64,000 nt of DNA from Perkinsela sp. CCAP 1560/9 (Eukaryota; Protista; Euglenozoa: Kinetoplastea), in the NCBI GenBank assembly GCA_965644495.1, contig CBFFSA010000001.1, positions 372,001 through 436,000 on the forward strand. The letters run 5' to 3'. The position numbers and the translations under genes are program-made. The number at the start of each line of letters is the position of its first letter. Position 1 is the stretch's first letter. Positions 9,805-22,109 of the stretch are shown in pieces. The notes beneath the pieces are model-generated. The model searched no databases. It was given only the letters and a program-made list of their open reading frames with translations, and was not told the origin of the DNA.

Positions 9805-12118
9805 CAAAAATTATTGAATTTTTAATTAAAAATGGTCGTTTTTTGCCTGCGTTTTATTTATTATTTATTTTTTGTCAACCGCTCGAGATGGTCAACCAGG
9901 ACATTGCTCAGCATTTTTTGGTAGCGAATTCGATCCATCAGACGAAGAAAAGTCAGCCGTCCTCGAAAGATTTAGCGCCGGACGAGCGCGAATGGCTTTT
10001 TGACAACACTTGAGGTGCATGTAAAAATGCACTAGTTATGGAGAGATTTTTGGATCAATTTGGACGAGTAATTTCGGCTGCTTGCGTTTCGCAATATAAG
10101 GGCATGCGCTCGCTAGAAAACATCGGTAGTCGCGGCCGGCGTGGCCTACTTACGGGAAAGGAATCTTCACTTGTCCTTCAAGCTTTCGATAAAATGAGGG
10201 AGCAAGCTGTCCCAGTGTACGCGGCTCTTGTAGCTAGTGTGGCCCGCGGTATCAAAGAGCAATCTTCCCCGAAATCCACATCCCTAAAGGGGGGTCCTCT
10301 GAAGTTTTCGCTATCATGGGCAAAGGACTGGATGAAGCAAAATAACATTCGTGTCCGCCACGCTACTAGCGATCGAACTGTTACGCCGAATGAAGTTGTT
10401 GAGGCATCTAAAACATTCTTTTCACAGCTTGAAAGCTATAAAAATCGTGGTGAAAAAGAGCTTGTGTTTAACACAGACGAATTCTTTGTGTGTCTGGGAT
10501 TAGGACAAGCAAATGCCACTTGGACCTGGGAACGCATTAATCCAGGCGAGTCCCGCACAATTTCAGTTCGTCGTGAAAAGCAGGGTTTCACTTGCAACGT
10601 TCTTTCATCTGCAGCTGGAGAAATCAAAATGTTACAGTTCATATTCCAGGGAACGAGTCGCGTATTCGTCAATGTTGGTAGCGACCCACGTGTTCTACAA
10701 TGTGCCCGGAAAGGATCTCATTTTCAAGACGCCTCGACGTGGTCAACTTTTTTGAGTCGCTTTAAGGAGATACTTGCCTCCGAACGTGAAGCTATGAAGA
10801 AGCCCGCTGCCCCCGCCCTTTTGATTATTGATGAACCACTCAGCATAGTGGTACTGATGAGATTCTCCTTGGTTCTTCTTGCGAGGTAGTTCGTATTCCC
10901 AAGAAAATGACGCATGTCTTTCAACCTGCAGATCAGTTTGTAATCTCTGGCCTAAAACAACGCGCTATTCAGCTCTACAACGATGATGTATCCCGCATCT
11001 TTGCGCGTTCCGACCTCAATTCAGCCATCTCCAACGTTATTTGCACATCGCGAACACTTTGCCGAGAGAAAAAGTGTCGTACATTGTGCAGGCTATGCAA
11101 GAACTTCCCCAAGCTCAGATTATGGCCTCCTGGGAAATAACCGAAATTCCAGTGGTGTTATTTGGCAGCAAAAAAAACCGACCGTCACGTCTCGATGCCT
11201 ACAAGCTTTTGCAAACTCATTTACATACGTCTAGTGGTGCGATTTTCTTGGACGATGAAGGTTCCGACGAAATTAACACCTCATCCATTGGGAACGCAGA
11301 AGGGGACATCAATATAATAGAAGAGAACGAAAATTCGACAGCAAGCGCCACAATCGAAAGAAGCGCACCTGGAGAAAAGCGAAAACGCGGCTGACCTCGT
11401 AAGGTACTCTCAACTGAAGAACTGGAACTCCAGAGACGAGAGGCTGAAGATATCACGAATCTACGCCAGCGACTTCGTGGAATGACGCGAAGACAAAAGG
11501 AGCGCTATAAATCCGCTCAGAGTCTGACGTTTACTCCTCTCTCATCGTACGGAATCGGTCCTAAAGTTTAGGTGCTGTGACTCCCCCTTTGATGAGCACC
11601 TCCAAAATATTTTTGATTGTATTGAATTTTCTGATGGTATTGAATTGTGAAAGTGCGCAATAACATTTACTCAGATTTTATGCTGATATTTTGTGGGGTT
11701 TTTTCCATGTTTTGTTCTATCGGTCTACACTTTTTCCCCGCACTAGATATTAAAATGAAATATTTTAACGCGCGCTCTTTTTTGTTATTCACCTTTGTAC
11801 GCAACATTAGCTGCATTGTTTTAATACATGCATTGCTTTTATCTACCAATAAGAGTACAATGATAAATTCTCTGTTGGAATGCACCCTCGCACCATTTCA
11901 CTCCACCTGACGAAGGCCATGAGACGAGCAACCCGCCAACCCACGGTAGTCAATAAGAACGTGAAAACACTACGACGGGCGCTTAATTTCCCGCAGCCTA
12001 AGATTTGCGCATGTACACATTTCTACAAAAATTATTGGCACAAAAATTATTAAATTTTAAATTAAAAGTTGTCCGGTTTCGACACCAATTAAAAATTCAA
12101 TAATTTTTGGCGGCAGTG
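9805..12118 (+). mobile_element. Degenerate pogo/Tigger-like DDE DNA transposon
   Basis: 23-bp inverted repeat CAAAAATTATTGAATTTTTAATT at 9805 and 12087; right end GGCGGCAGTG-TA; contains a transposase relic. Confidence 0.7.
9888..11571 (+). pseudogene. DDE_1 (CENP-B/pogo-family) transposase pseudogene
   Basis: HTH-like FSLSWAKDWM; catalytic motifs FNTDE, LIIDE, FQPAD; in-frame TGA at 10011 and 11392 plus frameshifts. Confidence 0.85.
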
Positions 12119-12204
12119 TATGTGTACTACTGAAAACACGCATTACTTTTCGTTAATCTTACAAATATTCCTCACCAGCGGAGAACACTTCCGTCTTATC
12201 ATAC

Positions 12205-15200
12205 CTACTCAGAGGGCTTCCTCTTGCCACCAGTTCTCGCTACTTTCCCTCGGGGTCTCCCTTTTGCCTCAGCCCCGCGCTTGGGTGCTAGCAAAGTTTT
12301 CGCCTTTCCCTTTTCTAAGGCTCTATTTTTAATCAGATTTTGCAAAGATTTGTCTGTCTGAGACTCCTCGGTGTCTTCACTTGTCTTTCTCCTTTTCTGT
12401 ACAGGAGGTCGAGATATTTTTCGTGCTGCCATGAGTGCCAACCCATCCGCCTCCTCATTCCATTTGTTCCCACAATGACTCTTTACCTTGCACATAAAAA
12501 TTGAAAATGATTCATGTTTTAGTTCACGGAGTTTTCTGTCAAGTTCATAAAATAAATCTCCGTTTGTGATCCCCTTATATCCAACAATGCGCCTCTGATG
12601 ACGAAGAATGTGAAAAAATTCCCAAAGATAGTACGAATCTGTATGAAAAAGACATGCGCAAAGTTTTTCCGGGAGCTGACGCAAGGCCTGCTGAAAGGCC
12701 ATTATTTCGACTCGCTCAATTGTTTCAGATTCTAGAGGCACAGATATTCGTAGAGGTTTTAATCTAGGTTTTAATACTACAACTCCGATACCGCTTCGAA
12801 TTTCATCCGTGCCCCGCATCGGCAATACTGAACCGTCTGTATGAATTTGCATAGTTTTATATGCTGGAAAAGGGATGTCTGACTCCTCAACGAATTGTAA
12901 CTCGGAAGGACTTTTGTGTTTTTTCGCCCTTGCCAGGGCATTTTTACATCTAACGGGCCCGCACTTTTCATATTGAATAATAGGCTCGAGCTCTCTTCGC
13001 AACTTTTCGGTTAGTTGATACCAATGTTCGCGGTCAGTTGCATACACCAAGGCTTATTCAAGGGTGATGTACAAATCCTTCAAGCAAGCCTCGCTTGGGG
13101 AAGGTTGTCGTGCGTTGGTCCGCTGTTTCCACTTGACGAGCTCTTGGAAATCAGATGAGTGACGAAGCATGTGTCCAACAAGCTTAGCTCTTTGTACCCT
13201 GTGAATTGTTGAAAATTTCTCCGTGCCAAGATATAAAGATGCATTCGGGTAACACATCCCATATTCATCCAATTTGTCGCATTGACATGCAATTCTCCTC
13301 ATATTATTTACCTCAACGTCAATTCGTCGGAGCATTGTTTGCGATATTGAGAGGGCCCCCGTTCCGAAATTTAACACCGGATAAACAAGGGAATCGTATA
13401 GTCTGAGCTTTGTCCCTGCACTCAAAGACGACGGCCAAATCCCGTTCAAGCGAAAAAGAGAACCCCAAGCCAACTTTAAACGTTCCTTCATTGTTGATGT
13501 AAAGTCGTTTTCCTGGTGATGCCCTAAGTGTTTGTATGTTTGAACTTTCGGAATGCTCCCGACAACATTGCTTTGAATGTTGTCACTGTTCTTTGTTGAT
13601 TTTCCGAACGTTAGTCAGGCTGTCTTCGTTACACCAATGGCTAGCTGTAGATTTGCTTTGCTGGCTTCTGTGGCTACATTGTCTATCATATTGTTTAATC
13701 CGCTTTTTGTGTCGCTAAACAATGCTATATCGTCTGCATAGTCAATATCAGTGAGGCGTTTTTCATAAGGACCCCTTTTCCTAGTACCTCTCGAACTTAA
13801 AAGAACACCGTCGGAATTGTCGTCTAGTGCTTTGTTCAAAATACGATCCAATACCATTACAAAAAGATAAGGCGCTAAGACGTCGCCTTGAAGTATGCCC
13901 GTTGCAATAGGGAAAGGTTTGGTAGTGCCAAGCTGAGTTCGAACGGTGCCTTTCAAATTACTGTATATTGACATGATAGTTCTGAATAGACAAGGTCCCA
14001 CACGGAATGCATCTAAGCTAGCTTTTATCGCTGCGAAGGAAACCGAGGGAAAAGCTTTCGCGAAATCTATGTGGGCTACCGAAAGGCCTTCTCCTCTGAA
14101 TCCTTTAGTTTTGACTTCGTTCATGATGATCTGGGCGCCTACAGTAGCGGTTGGATCGAAAGTCGGTTGGGTCGAAAACCATATTGGTTATCCCGAAGAG
14201 ATTTTTCTATGTTAGGCCTAATGCGGGAAAGTATCATATGGTTCATAAGTTTCACTATACTGTTTACCACGCATATGGGCCTCCAATTTTCGATCTTTGT
14301 TAAATCTCCCTTTTTTGGAATGGGTATCTGTAGCGTGATTCGCCAAGCTTCCTCAGTAACCCCCGTTGCATGGACTTCGTTTATGATTTCTAGGAGTTGT
14401 AATCTGAGATCTGGGTGCCCTGATATTGCCTGTATGGCTTCCATTGGTATCCCGTCACTTCCTGGAGTTTTTCCTTTCTTGAAAAGAGACAAAGAAGTGA
14501 TCAATTCCTCGCCCCTAAATGGTTCGTCTGAAATTGGAACGAGCGGTGGCGGAAGCATCTCGAAGCTAATATCCGGATTTCCCGAGTCATAACCACTGAA
14601 CCGCATGAAGTGATTTCGAATTTCTTGTAGCTTCTTGTTTCGTGAGCCCCCGCTTGTGTTAAATGTGTCTCTATACCGCCCACAAATTTGCCGAATAGTT
14701 CTCCACGGATTCGCATGATTTTTACGAAGTTGATTTTCAATCTCGACGCATTCGTTTGAAATAGTTTCTTCAATTTCTTCCTTATGCTCTCTTAATAGCG
14801 CATTGAATGTGGTTTTATTTCTGCTTTTTTGATATAAACCGCGCAAGTCGTGTATCTTAAAGTCCTTTACCGATTCCTTATTCGCGGTTCGTTTCGAAGG
14901 TTTTTTAAAGGTTTTCACAGCACTCACCATACATTTTGCAAGTTCTCCCCATGTCGCTCCTGACTCAGCATTCGCTAAGCGCTGACAGTGAACGTTTTTG
15001 ACGAATTCCGTTCTAATATCACTGTTTCGAAGAAGAAACCACGAAAGCTGATTATTATTCGACTTATGGGCAGTAACTCGCCACTTTATCCTGATACTCG
15101 CAATGACACAACAATGAGTGGTAGGAATAGGTGCTTTAATCACTTTGTGTCTTTGAATTGCCGATGCGAATCTGCTACAAATGAAAATGTGATCTAATTG

Positions 15201-16900
15201 CCTCAGAGCTTTGTTTGGTAATTCACACGTCCACTTCCGGCTGCTTGGGCAAAGGCTATGTGCAGATTTGCAATCTATGGAACATGATAGACCTTTGAGT
15301 CGTGCGGCTGCAAGTGGATCCTGTTCCTTATTAGTTATGTGCGTTAGCGGTGCGTTGAAGTCTCCTATGACTATGAGAGGACGACGTGAATTGTTTTCTC
15401 GCACTACCAGACAACAACGCTCTAATTCACCATAAAACTTTTTTATCTCGACGTCTGACGCGTCCCTTGTAGGAGAATAAACATTGACAACTGCACCGAC
15501 TCCATCCTCCATCTCAAATTCCCCAGACATTATCCTTTCACTGATCTTAGAAACCTTAGTCAAAGGAAGAGTGCTGACGAAACCCATACCGTTGTATGCA
15601 TCCCTTGCCCGTGCTGTAACGAGGTTTAAGTGATAATCCGTATTCCGGTAGCGCACTTTACGGTAGAGTACATCCAACTTTTCGGAAGGAGAAAATCTGT
15701 ACCGCGTTTCCTGTAAGCCTAAGATATGTATTCCCTTCGTATCCATAAAATTAATTACTTCATAAAGGTGCCCACACTTTCGTACACTAAACTCATCCTC
15801 ACCCTTCAGCTTCAGAGTAGTTACATTTAAGGTTCCAACGCTAAGCATCCTCTTCACAGCGGGGTCTCTAGGACCCACCGAGTCACGGAGATCCCGTTTG
15901 CCGGACTGAGCTCTCGGTTTGCGAAACCGCTTTTTCCTGCGACGCCAACTGTTAGGAACGAACAGGCGAACAGCACGAAGGACGATGTGAGGACTACATG
16001 GTGGAAATGGCAGCGTAAACCGCGGACACTGAACATAGCGAATACGCCAGTGGTTCAGCATCCGGCACTCTACAACCCCCTCCCACACGCTGTAGTGCGA
16101 TGAATTCGCGTACCTCCATACCACCGCCAGCTCACCACCTAACTGCAAGCCCCGCATAATTTGTCGCAACGATTTTACGCGGAGTTTGGCAGATTCTGCC
16201 CCGCCCTCTGCAGGACGAAACAAAACCCCCCGATCGAGCGTGGAATGCGCAAGAAGATTCATGATGGTCGTGGCCTCACACACACCGGACGCATCCGCCA
16301 TTTTGCGAATATTTACAAAAAACTCGATCTTTACAAAAAACTCGATCTTTACAAAAAACTCGATCTTTACAAAAACCTCGATCTTTACAAAAAACTCGAT
16401 CTTTACAAAAAACTCGATCTTTACAAAAAACTCGATCTTTACAAAAACCTCGATCTTTACAAAAAACTCGATCTTTACAAAAAACTCGATCTTTACAAAA
16501 AACTCGATCTTTACAAAAAACTCGATCTTTACAAAAAACTCGATCTTTACAAAAAACTCGATCTTTACAAAAAACTCGATCTTTACAAAAAACTCTATCT
16601 TTACAAAAAACTCGATCTTTACAAAAAACTCGATCTTTACAAAAGCTCGATCTTTACAAAAAACTCGATCTTTACAAAAAACTCGATTGCTATAGGTCGG
16701 CAGGCTGGTGATCCTTCTAAGGAAAGGCCCTCCTTGAGCAGCAAGGTCAGAGTGGAGCTGGTTAAGACGTCCCGTAGCTGAGCGTCTCGGGGGTTTCGCA
16801 GCACTGCTGTAGCTATCCAAGGCAACGATACCCTGGCCACCTAGGAGCGGTATAAGAAGTTCGCGTGTCCAGCCTGGCGGATCCTTTGGCGAGCCCTGTC
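12205..16900 (-). mobile_element. Near-full-length RTE-group LINE: N-terminal domain, APE, RT, RNase H (likely ATG at 16301; one frameshift, two stops)
   Basis: APE motifs GTLNV, GLQET, GDFNA, LDHIF; RT motifs QGDVLAPYLF, DYADD, RLKLAW..L..IW; RNase H motifs IHTDGS, HTDS, KVKSHCG..NEEAD; frameshift near 14155, stops at 13615 and 13054. Confidence 0.92.
16312..16687. repeat. 18-bp minisatellite, about 21 copies, in the LINE 5' UTR
   Basis: (TTTACAAAAAACTCGATC)n, near-identical, no spacers. Confidence 0.95.
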
Positions 16901-16915
16901 AGTTAAGTTGCTTTT

Positions 16916-17296
16916 GGTCAAAGGGAACCGATTTTGCGTCAAAAATAATATCTAAAAAATTGCCAAGAAATCTTACGCTTTTCTTATCTCACCGCTAATA
17001 GAATATTCTACCTTACTCATGGCCCATGGCTTTTAGGACACTCTACACGTTGGTATACAAACTTGTGGTCCGCTAGTCGTTGAATAATGTCCCTTTCGCT
17101 TGCCGTTGCCAAATATGTGTATGACCTGTTGTCCGTACAAGAGAAATCAGTGTACTGCCGACATCAGTGTACTGCCGACATTTCATGTCCAAAGTGGCCG
17201 AAAAAGTATCAGATAATACAAAAACACTTTTTAAAATAATTATAACTCTTTTTAGAAAAATTTAAAATTTTGGCGCAAAACCGGTTCCCTTTCACC
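16916..17296. mobile_element. MITE with GG termini and an 8-bp TSD-like flank (Merlin/hAT-like)
   Basis: TIR GGT(C/G)AAAGGGAACCG(A/G)TTTTGCG; flanks TTGCTTTT and CTGCTTTT. Confidence 0.7.
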
Positions 17297-17599
17297 CTGC
17301 TTTTCGATGTCCTTAGATTTTTGCCGGTAAATGTTTATAAACCTGAAAGACCTTTGGGTGAAGTCGATCGATGGCCTTAGCTATCTCTTCAGTAGACAGT
17401 GGTTGTCGTTCCTTTGCCTCTAGCGCTTTTGCCGCCTTCCCGATCGCATCAAGTTTAGGCAGTTCCTCTGCTCGGCCTAACGGGTTAAATTTTGCCACAC
17501 TTTTGGTTGCAGGTGAGGGGGTAAATTTTGGTTCTTTCTCGTCCATCCGCTTTCTTAGTTCATACGTCGTTCATATGGGCAAAACCCCTCTTGTTGACT

Positions 17600-17978
17600 A
17601 AATCCAAATCCAAATCATTCCGGGTTGCTCCAGACGGTCGCTGGCAAGCCAGACCCTTCACAGACAGATTTGGAAGTTCAGAGGCCGACGTCCTCTACCA
17701 GTTTCCGCTTTTCCAAGGCGGCACCAACGTGCTATTGCCAACACGCTGCGTCGACGAACTGCACGTCAACACGGCTTACCCAAGAGTTTTAAGCTGGGTA
17801 AGGGAGCTAGTTCCCTGAGGGGAGGGTCCGGGACGGTCCTCCGAGTACTGGGCCTAGCCGGTTATCAGCCCAGCCTCTTAGAGTGAGGCCGCCGGGAATA
17901 TTGCGATGAGCGGGTTTGAACTCTCCGTCTGAGCACCATGTGCTTCAAACTTTGAATTCTTGGCGACTCCGCCACCTC
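17600..17978 (-). mobile_element. SINE-A, full length
   Basis: Colinear with 48495-48877; (GATTTG)n tail at left. Confidence 0.85.
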
Positions 17979-18321
17979 CGGCATTGGACCGTTGCCGGTG
18001 GTGGGGCGTGGCGAACTCCAGCCTTCCGACGTAAGGATTTTCGAGCTAGCAAGAGGGAATTGTCCCTTCCTAATCCTGTTTTACCCTCGTTCTCGGCGTC
18101 GTTAACCGCGTTCTGGGGCAAAGACGGCGTGGCAACCCGTCGCCGAGGCATACATGTCGTTAGCGAGCGCGCTAACCTTTCCCCCTCGGTGGAGGTGGAA
18201 CGGCATTCGTGCTAGAAGTGGTTTAATCCCACCCCATCCCCCGGAGGAAGGAAGGCGTAAAAATTTTCGTTTCTCCATCCATGAGCGCTCCTGGGCCAAC
18301 GTTTTTTGTTACTCTCAAAAA

Positions 18322-20175
18322 ATGACGGACGCGTCCGGCCCGCATGAAGCAAGTGAAGTCATGAGCCTCCTTCTGCGGTCCACGCTTGGTCGGGGGGCCC
18401 TTTTCCAGCCCAAAAGGTATAGAAATGGACTCGCAAAACTCCGTGCGAATTCTCTGTCACAATTAACGAAGATGATGTACCGAGGTTCACGGATTGCTGT
18501 GGTGTGGAGATATTCCTATGCACGGGAATTCAATCTCTGGGAGGGGATGGTGGAGCAAAGGGGTGCGGATGTTCCTTTTCTGTTTCAGATGGCGAGTTCG
18601 TTATGCGCAGCGACCGTCTGACACCTTACCTTTTCCTCCTCGGGACCCGCGTATAGTTCTTTGCGCTGCACGTCTTTGCTCCTCTGGTACCCATCGATCG
18701 CGGGAAAGGCGGAGAAGTCGCAAATATAAATGGGCATTGTCCGGCAAACGCGCTCATCGCGATTCGGAGAACCTTCGAGGTTCCGCTGAGAAGGGAACAC
18801 TGAATATAGGAACACTCAACACTACTACGCTTAGGTTGGATGGGGACGACGAGTTTGCGCTCCGAAAATCAGCTCATCTGCATAAGGTTCTGCACTGGAT
18901 GACGCAGAAGGGTGTGCACATTCTTTGTATGCAGGAGACGCGATACAGTTTTTCCAAGGTTGAAAGCAAGGAGATAATTCGTCGAAAAGTCTATGACTCG
19001 GAAACCTGTTATTATCTGTATCTTTTATCAGCTGCCCCCACGGATTCGTATAACGGTATGGCAATAGTGAGTATTGAACCGCTTAATAAGGTCTGGAAAG
19101 TTAGCGAGCGAATCATGGCCGCGCACTTTCCGATGGAAGATGGTGTCGGAACACTGGTTAATGTCTACGCTCCTTTAATTCTTGATTCTTCTCCTTGATT
19201 CTTCTGAAGATGTTTTGACCGCGTTTTACGGAGAACTGACTTCTCTGCGTCAACAATTACAGGCCAGTAACCCGCGTCGTCATGGGGGATTTTAATTCGC
19301 CATTAACGCTCGTAACGAACAAACGTTTAGATCCCCCAGAGGTTGCTAGATTTCGTGGGCTTTTATGCTCGATTGTGCGTAAATCTGCGCACAGCCTTTG
19401 CCCCAGCAGCCGCAACCGGACGTGAGTATTACCAGACAAGAAGGAACGACAGCTAGATCACGTTACAATTTCGTCCAGATTTGCCTCCGCAATCTGGCGG
19501 CACAAGGTTCTCAATGCCCCTATTCCCACGAACCAGCTCCCTGTGTTTGCGCGGATTAAGATTAAGTGGCGAAGCACTTCGGCGGGAGCATCCAGCGCGA
19601 CCCCCTGGTACCAACTTCGAGATGAAACGCAACGAAAATTGTTTACCCAAAAAACTCATCAATATTTGGAGGGCTGCGAAGAGAAAGCCTCATGGGATAC
19701 GCTGTCGGTATGTATTCTCTCTGCTGCAAAGGGCATCAAATCAGCTAGCCAAGATCCAATCCAATCCAATCCAAAATACCGACAAAGTCGGCTAAAATAC
19801 TTAGCACTTTCACATCAAACACTTCCATCTCTATCACCTCCAAATTCAGAGTTTTTGTGCCTCCAATACTAGAGCACACAAACCGCATAAAGTAATGGAA
19901 TATAATAAAAAAAGCTAGCCAAGAAGATTCTTCGAAATCTGCGAATCAATTTGAGAATCCCTCAAATGATCGTCCAATCCGAGGGCTGCGAGATCTTTTC
20001 TCCTGGAGTCGAAATCCAAAGAGTTTTAACTCTTTAGTAATGCAGCACAGGAAAGCAATTGAACAATGTATTGCCGAAGAGTGCGGAGACACCGAAAGAG
20101 GACTTCGCAAAAACCAGGCAAATCCATGGCGCACCTTGCGAAACTTGTGTGGTCTGGAACGAACGGTCTTTGACA
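18322..20175 (+). pseudogene. Degenerate paralog of the LINE 5' half (N-terminal domain plus APE)
   Basis: MTDASGPHEASEVMSLL vs MADASGVCEATTIMNLL; GTLNTTTL, CMQET, GDFNSP, RKNQANPWRT; many disruptions. Confidence 0.85.
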
Positions 20176-20434
20176 TTGTTATTAGTGATCGGGTTAAATT
20201 TAGAGCTCCGCAAAGAAGGAGGAGTAATCAGTTATACCAGTAGAATGACGATCCAAGCTATGAAAGTCTGGGCCCAAAGGGGTCACGTCAAAAAACACTC
20301 GCTAAAAGAGAGATCTGCGTCAAAAAGACAGAAAAGCGTCAAGGGAAAGACGATAGATCGCGCACTAACAAAGTATTACGAACACCAAAGAAATGATACC
20401 CCCCTCATACCCCCCTTGATCGCATGTTCTGAAC

Positions 20435-20880
20435 AGAAGAAGAAGAAGAAGAAGAAGAAGAAGAAGAAGAAGACACGGAGGGCTCTGCAGCGCCAACCGT
20501 TAGGGTAGAGTCTCAGGCCACCGACCTTCATCGTGTTGCTACCCCCTTCCCAGACGGCACTCGACGCCTTGCGGCCCGAGCACGGCTACCCAACCGTAGC
20601 TACCAAGACGGGCGTCCACCCCGTTGCATCGTGTAGGCTGTGTCTCAAGCCTCCTTTGCGTAAGCAGCTCGCAATTTATCGGCTGCGCTGGAGCCTGGTT
20701 CAGCTCGGCGGTTCCGGGTCGGTCCTCCAGGGGAGCGGGGTTGGGTGTGGGCCTTGAAGGCACTCCTGATCGCTTTCCCTTTGCAGTGAGGCCGCCAGGT
20801 TGCGAGTTTTGTCGATAGCGGGAATCGAACCCACAACCTGCAGGTTGTAAGGCCCACCGTCTAACAACTACGCGAGCACC
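20435..20880 (-). mobile_element. SINE-B (tRNA-Val(TAC)-like head, (TTC)n tail)
   Basis: Head GGTGCTCGCGTAGTTG...CCTTACAACC...GTGGGTTCGATTCCCGC; structured body; CCGTGTC(TTC)n end. Confidence 0.8.
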
Positions 20881-21085
20881 GCGGGTTTAAACTCGCCGTC
20901 TGAGCACCATGTGCTTCAAACTTTGAATTCTTGCCCCTCCGCCACCTCCGCCCCTTGCAAGACCTCCGCCCCTTAGCCTGGTGCAAGATGTTTTTGAAAA
21001 GCTTCTGGTGAATATGTTAGTTTTGTGGAGACCGCCAAAGTGTTTTATGGGTAGGAGAAATTTGTGAAGCTTTCAACTGGGACAT

Positions 21086-21680
21086 ATAAAGATACAGTTT
21101 CTGTACCTTGTTGGTACATTTTGCTAGCCCTTCCTTTCTTTTCCCGGAAACGGGCATATTCTTACTTTTAAATGCCCGTTTCCGGCTGACGGTTAGCTGG
21201 AACTGTCCCTCTTTGTCGCGGAAGTAGGGGCGCACTTCGCACTCTTCACCCCTCCCCGGCTCGCTCTCTTCGAGTGAGCTTTCTTCCCTCCCCGGCTCTC
21301 TACTTCTCGTGCTTTCTTCTCCCGGGAGCTATGCGCCATGGTGGCCTCCCTTGAGGACCACTGGGCGTGCTACAGCGGGAGGACACGTTGTATGCGTGTA
21401 TAGGGGATGCGAACTTGCACCCCTCTCTCCCTACATGCTGTAGCGAGTGCGGCGGTAACGGACCTCCCCATGATGCATCTGACAGCATGAACCCACGGCT
21501 TGACCGTGTTGCAGCATGAACCATGGCTATACGTGTTGTAGCATGACCGATGGGCGTCTCGTCTCCTACCTCGCACTCCACTCTCTGTGTGACACCCGTC
21601 GTATGCGGGTCATGCGCCGATGGTATCGGCCGTCACACAGAGAGACGTATCTCTGCGCCACGAGCGTATGATCATGACCA
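21086..21680 (+). mobile_element. SL-headed non-coding retroposon (present only in array unit 1)
   Basis: Starts ATAAAGATACAGTTTCTGTACCTTGTTG (21086-21113), ends TGATCATGACCA; 21088-21679 is absent from units 2 and 3; body homologous to 39052-39510. Confidence 0.7.
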
Positions 21681-22109
21681 ATTTATTATCCCAGTGATGG
21701 TTGGTGGTTGGTCGGGTTTCTATTCTTCTCTTCTTCTTTTTGGGTTTATGCCTCGACCAATTGTACGCCAACACGGCTCACCCAAGAAGTGTGAGCCCGG
21801 TAAGGGAGCTGGTTCCCCGATAGGAAGGTCCGGGACGGTCCTCCGAGTACTTGACCTAGTCGGTTATCAGCCCAGCCTCTTAGAGTGAAGACGCCGGGCA
21901 TTCTTCTTCAATTTTACATCCCCCCCGAAAAAGGGCCCTTGCCCCTCGACAAAAAGGGGCATGTAAAACTGAGTTTCGTTTTGCGACAAAAAAAATCGGG
22001 CCTCTCGCCATCATTTGAATTTTTTTATCCACCCCCTTAAGAAGAAGAAGAAGAAGAAGACACGGATGGCTCTGCAGAGCTAGCCGCTAGGGTAGAGTCT
22101 CCAAAAAAA

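Noticed and set aside
13054-13617. Stop-codon reassignment (TGA at a conserved Trp, TAA at a Glu/Gln position), as in Blastocrithidia
   Set aside because: Host genes here have no internal stops and end in TGA, TAA or TAG; the TE stops are single substitutions accompanied by frameshifts
16312-16687. CRISPR array
   Set aside because: Head-to-tail repeats with no spacers, no cas genes, eukaryotic context
16302-16820. First 173 aa of the 893-aa ORF, and the antisense repeat ORFs, as real protein
   Set aside because: Open only because the 18-bp repeat lacks stops; homology with the paralog begins at MADASG
16800-16880. HDV-like ribozyme or ingi/L1Tc 77-nt signature at the LINE 5' end
   Set aside because: Partial P3/P4-like pairings exist, but I could not form P2 and P1 is weak; needs a descriptor search
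20808-20880. Functional tRNA-Val genes
   Set aside because: No acceptor stem, irregular D and anticodon arms, and embedded in a TSD-flanked SINE
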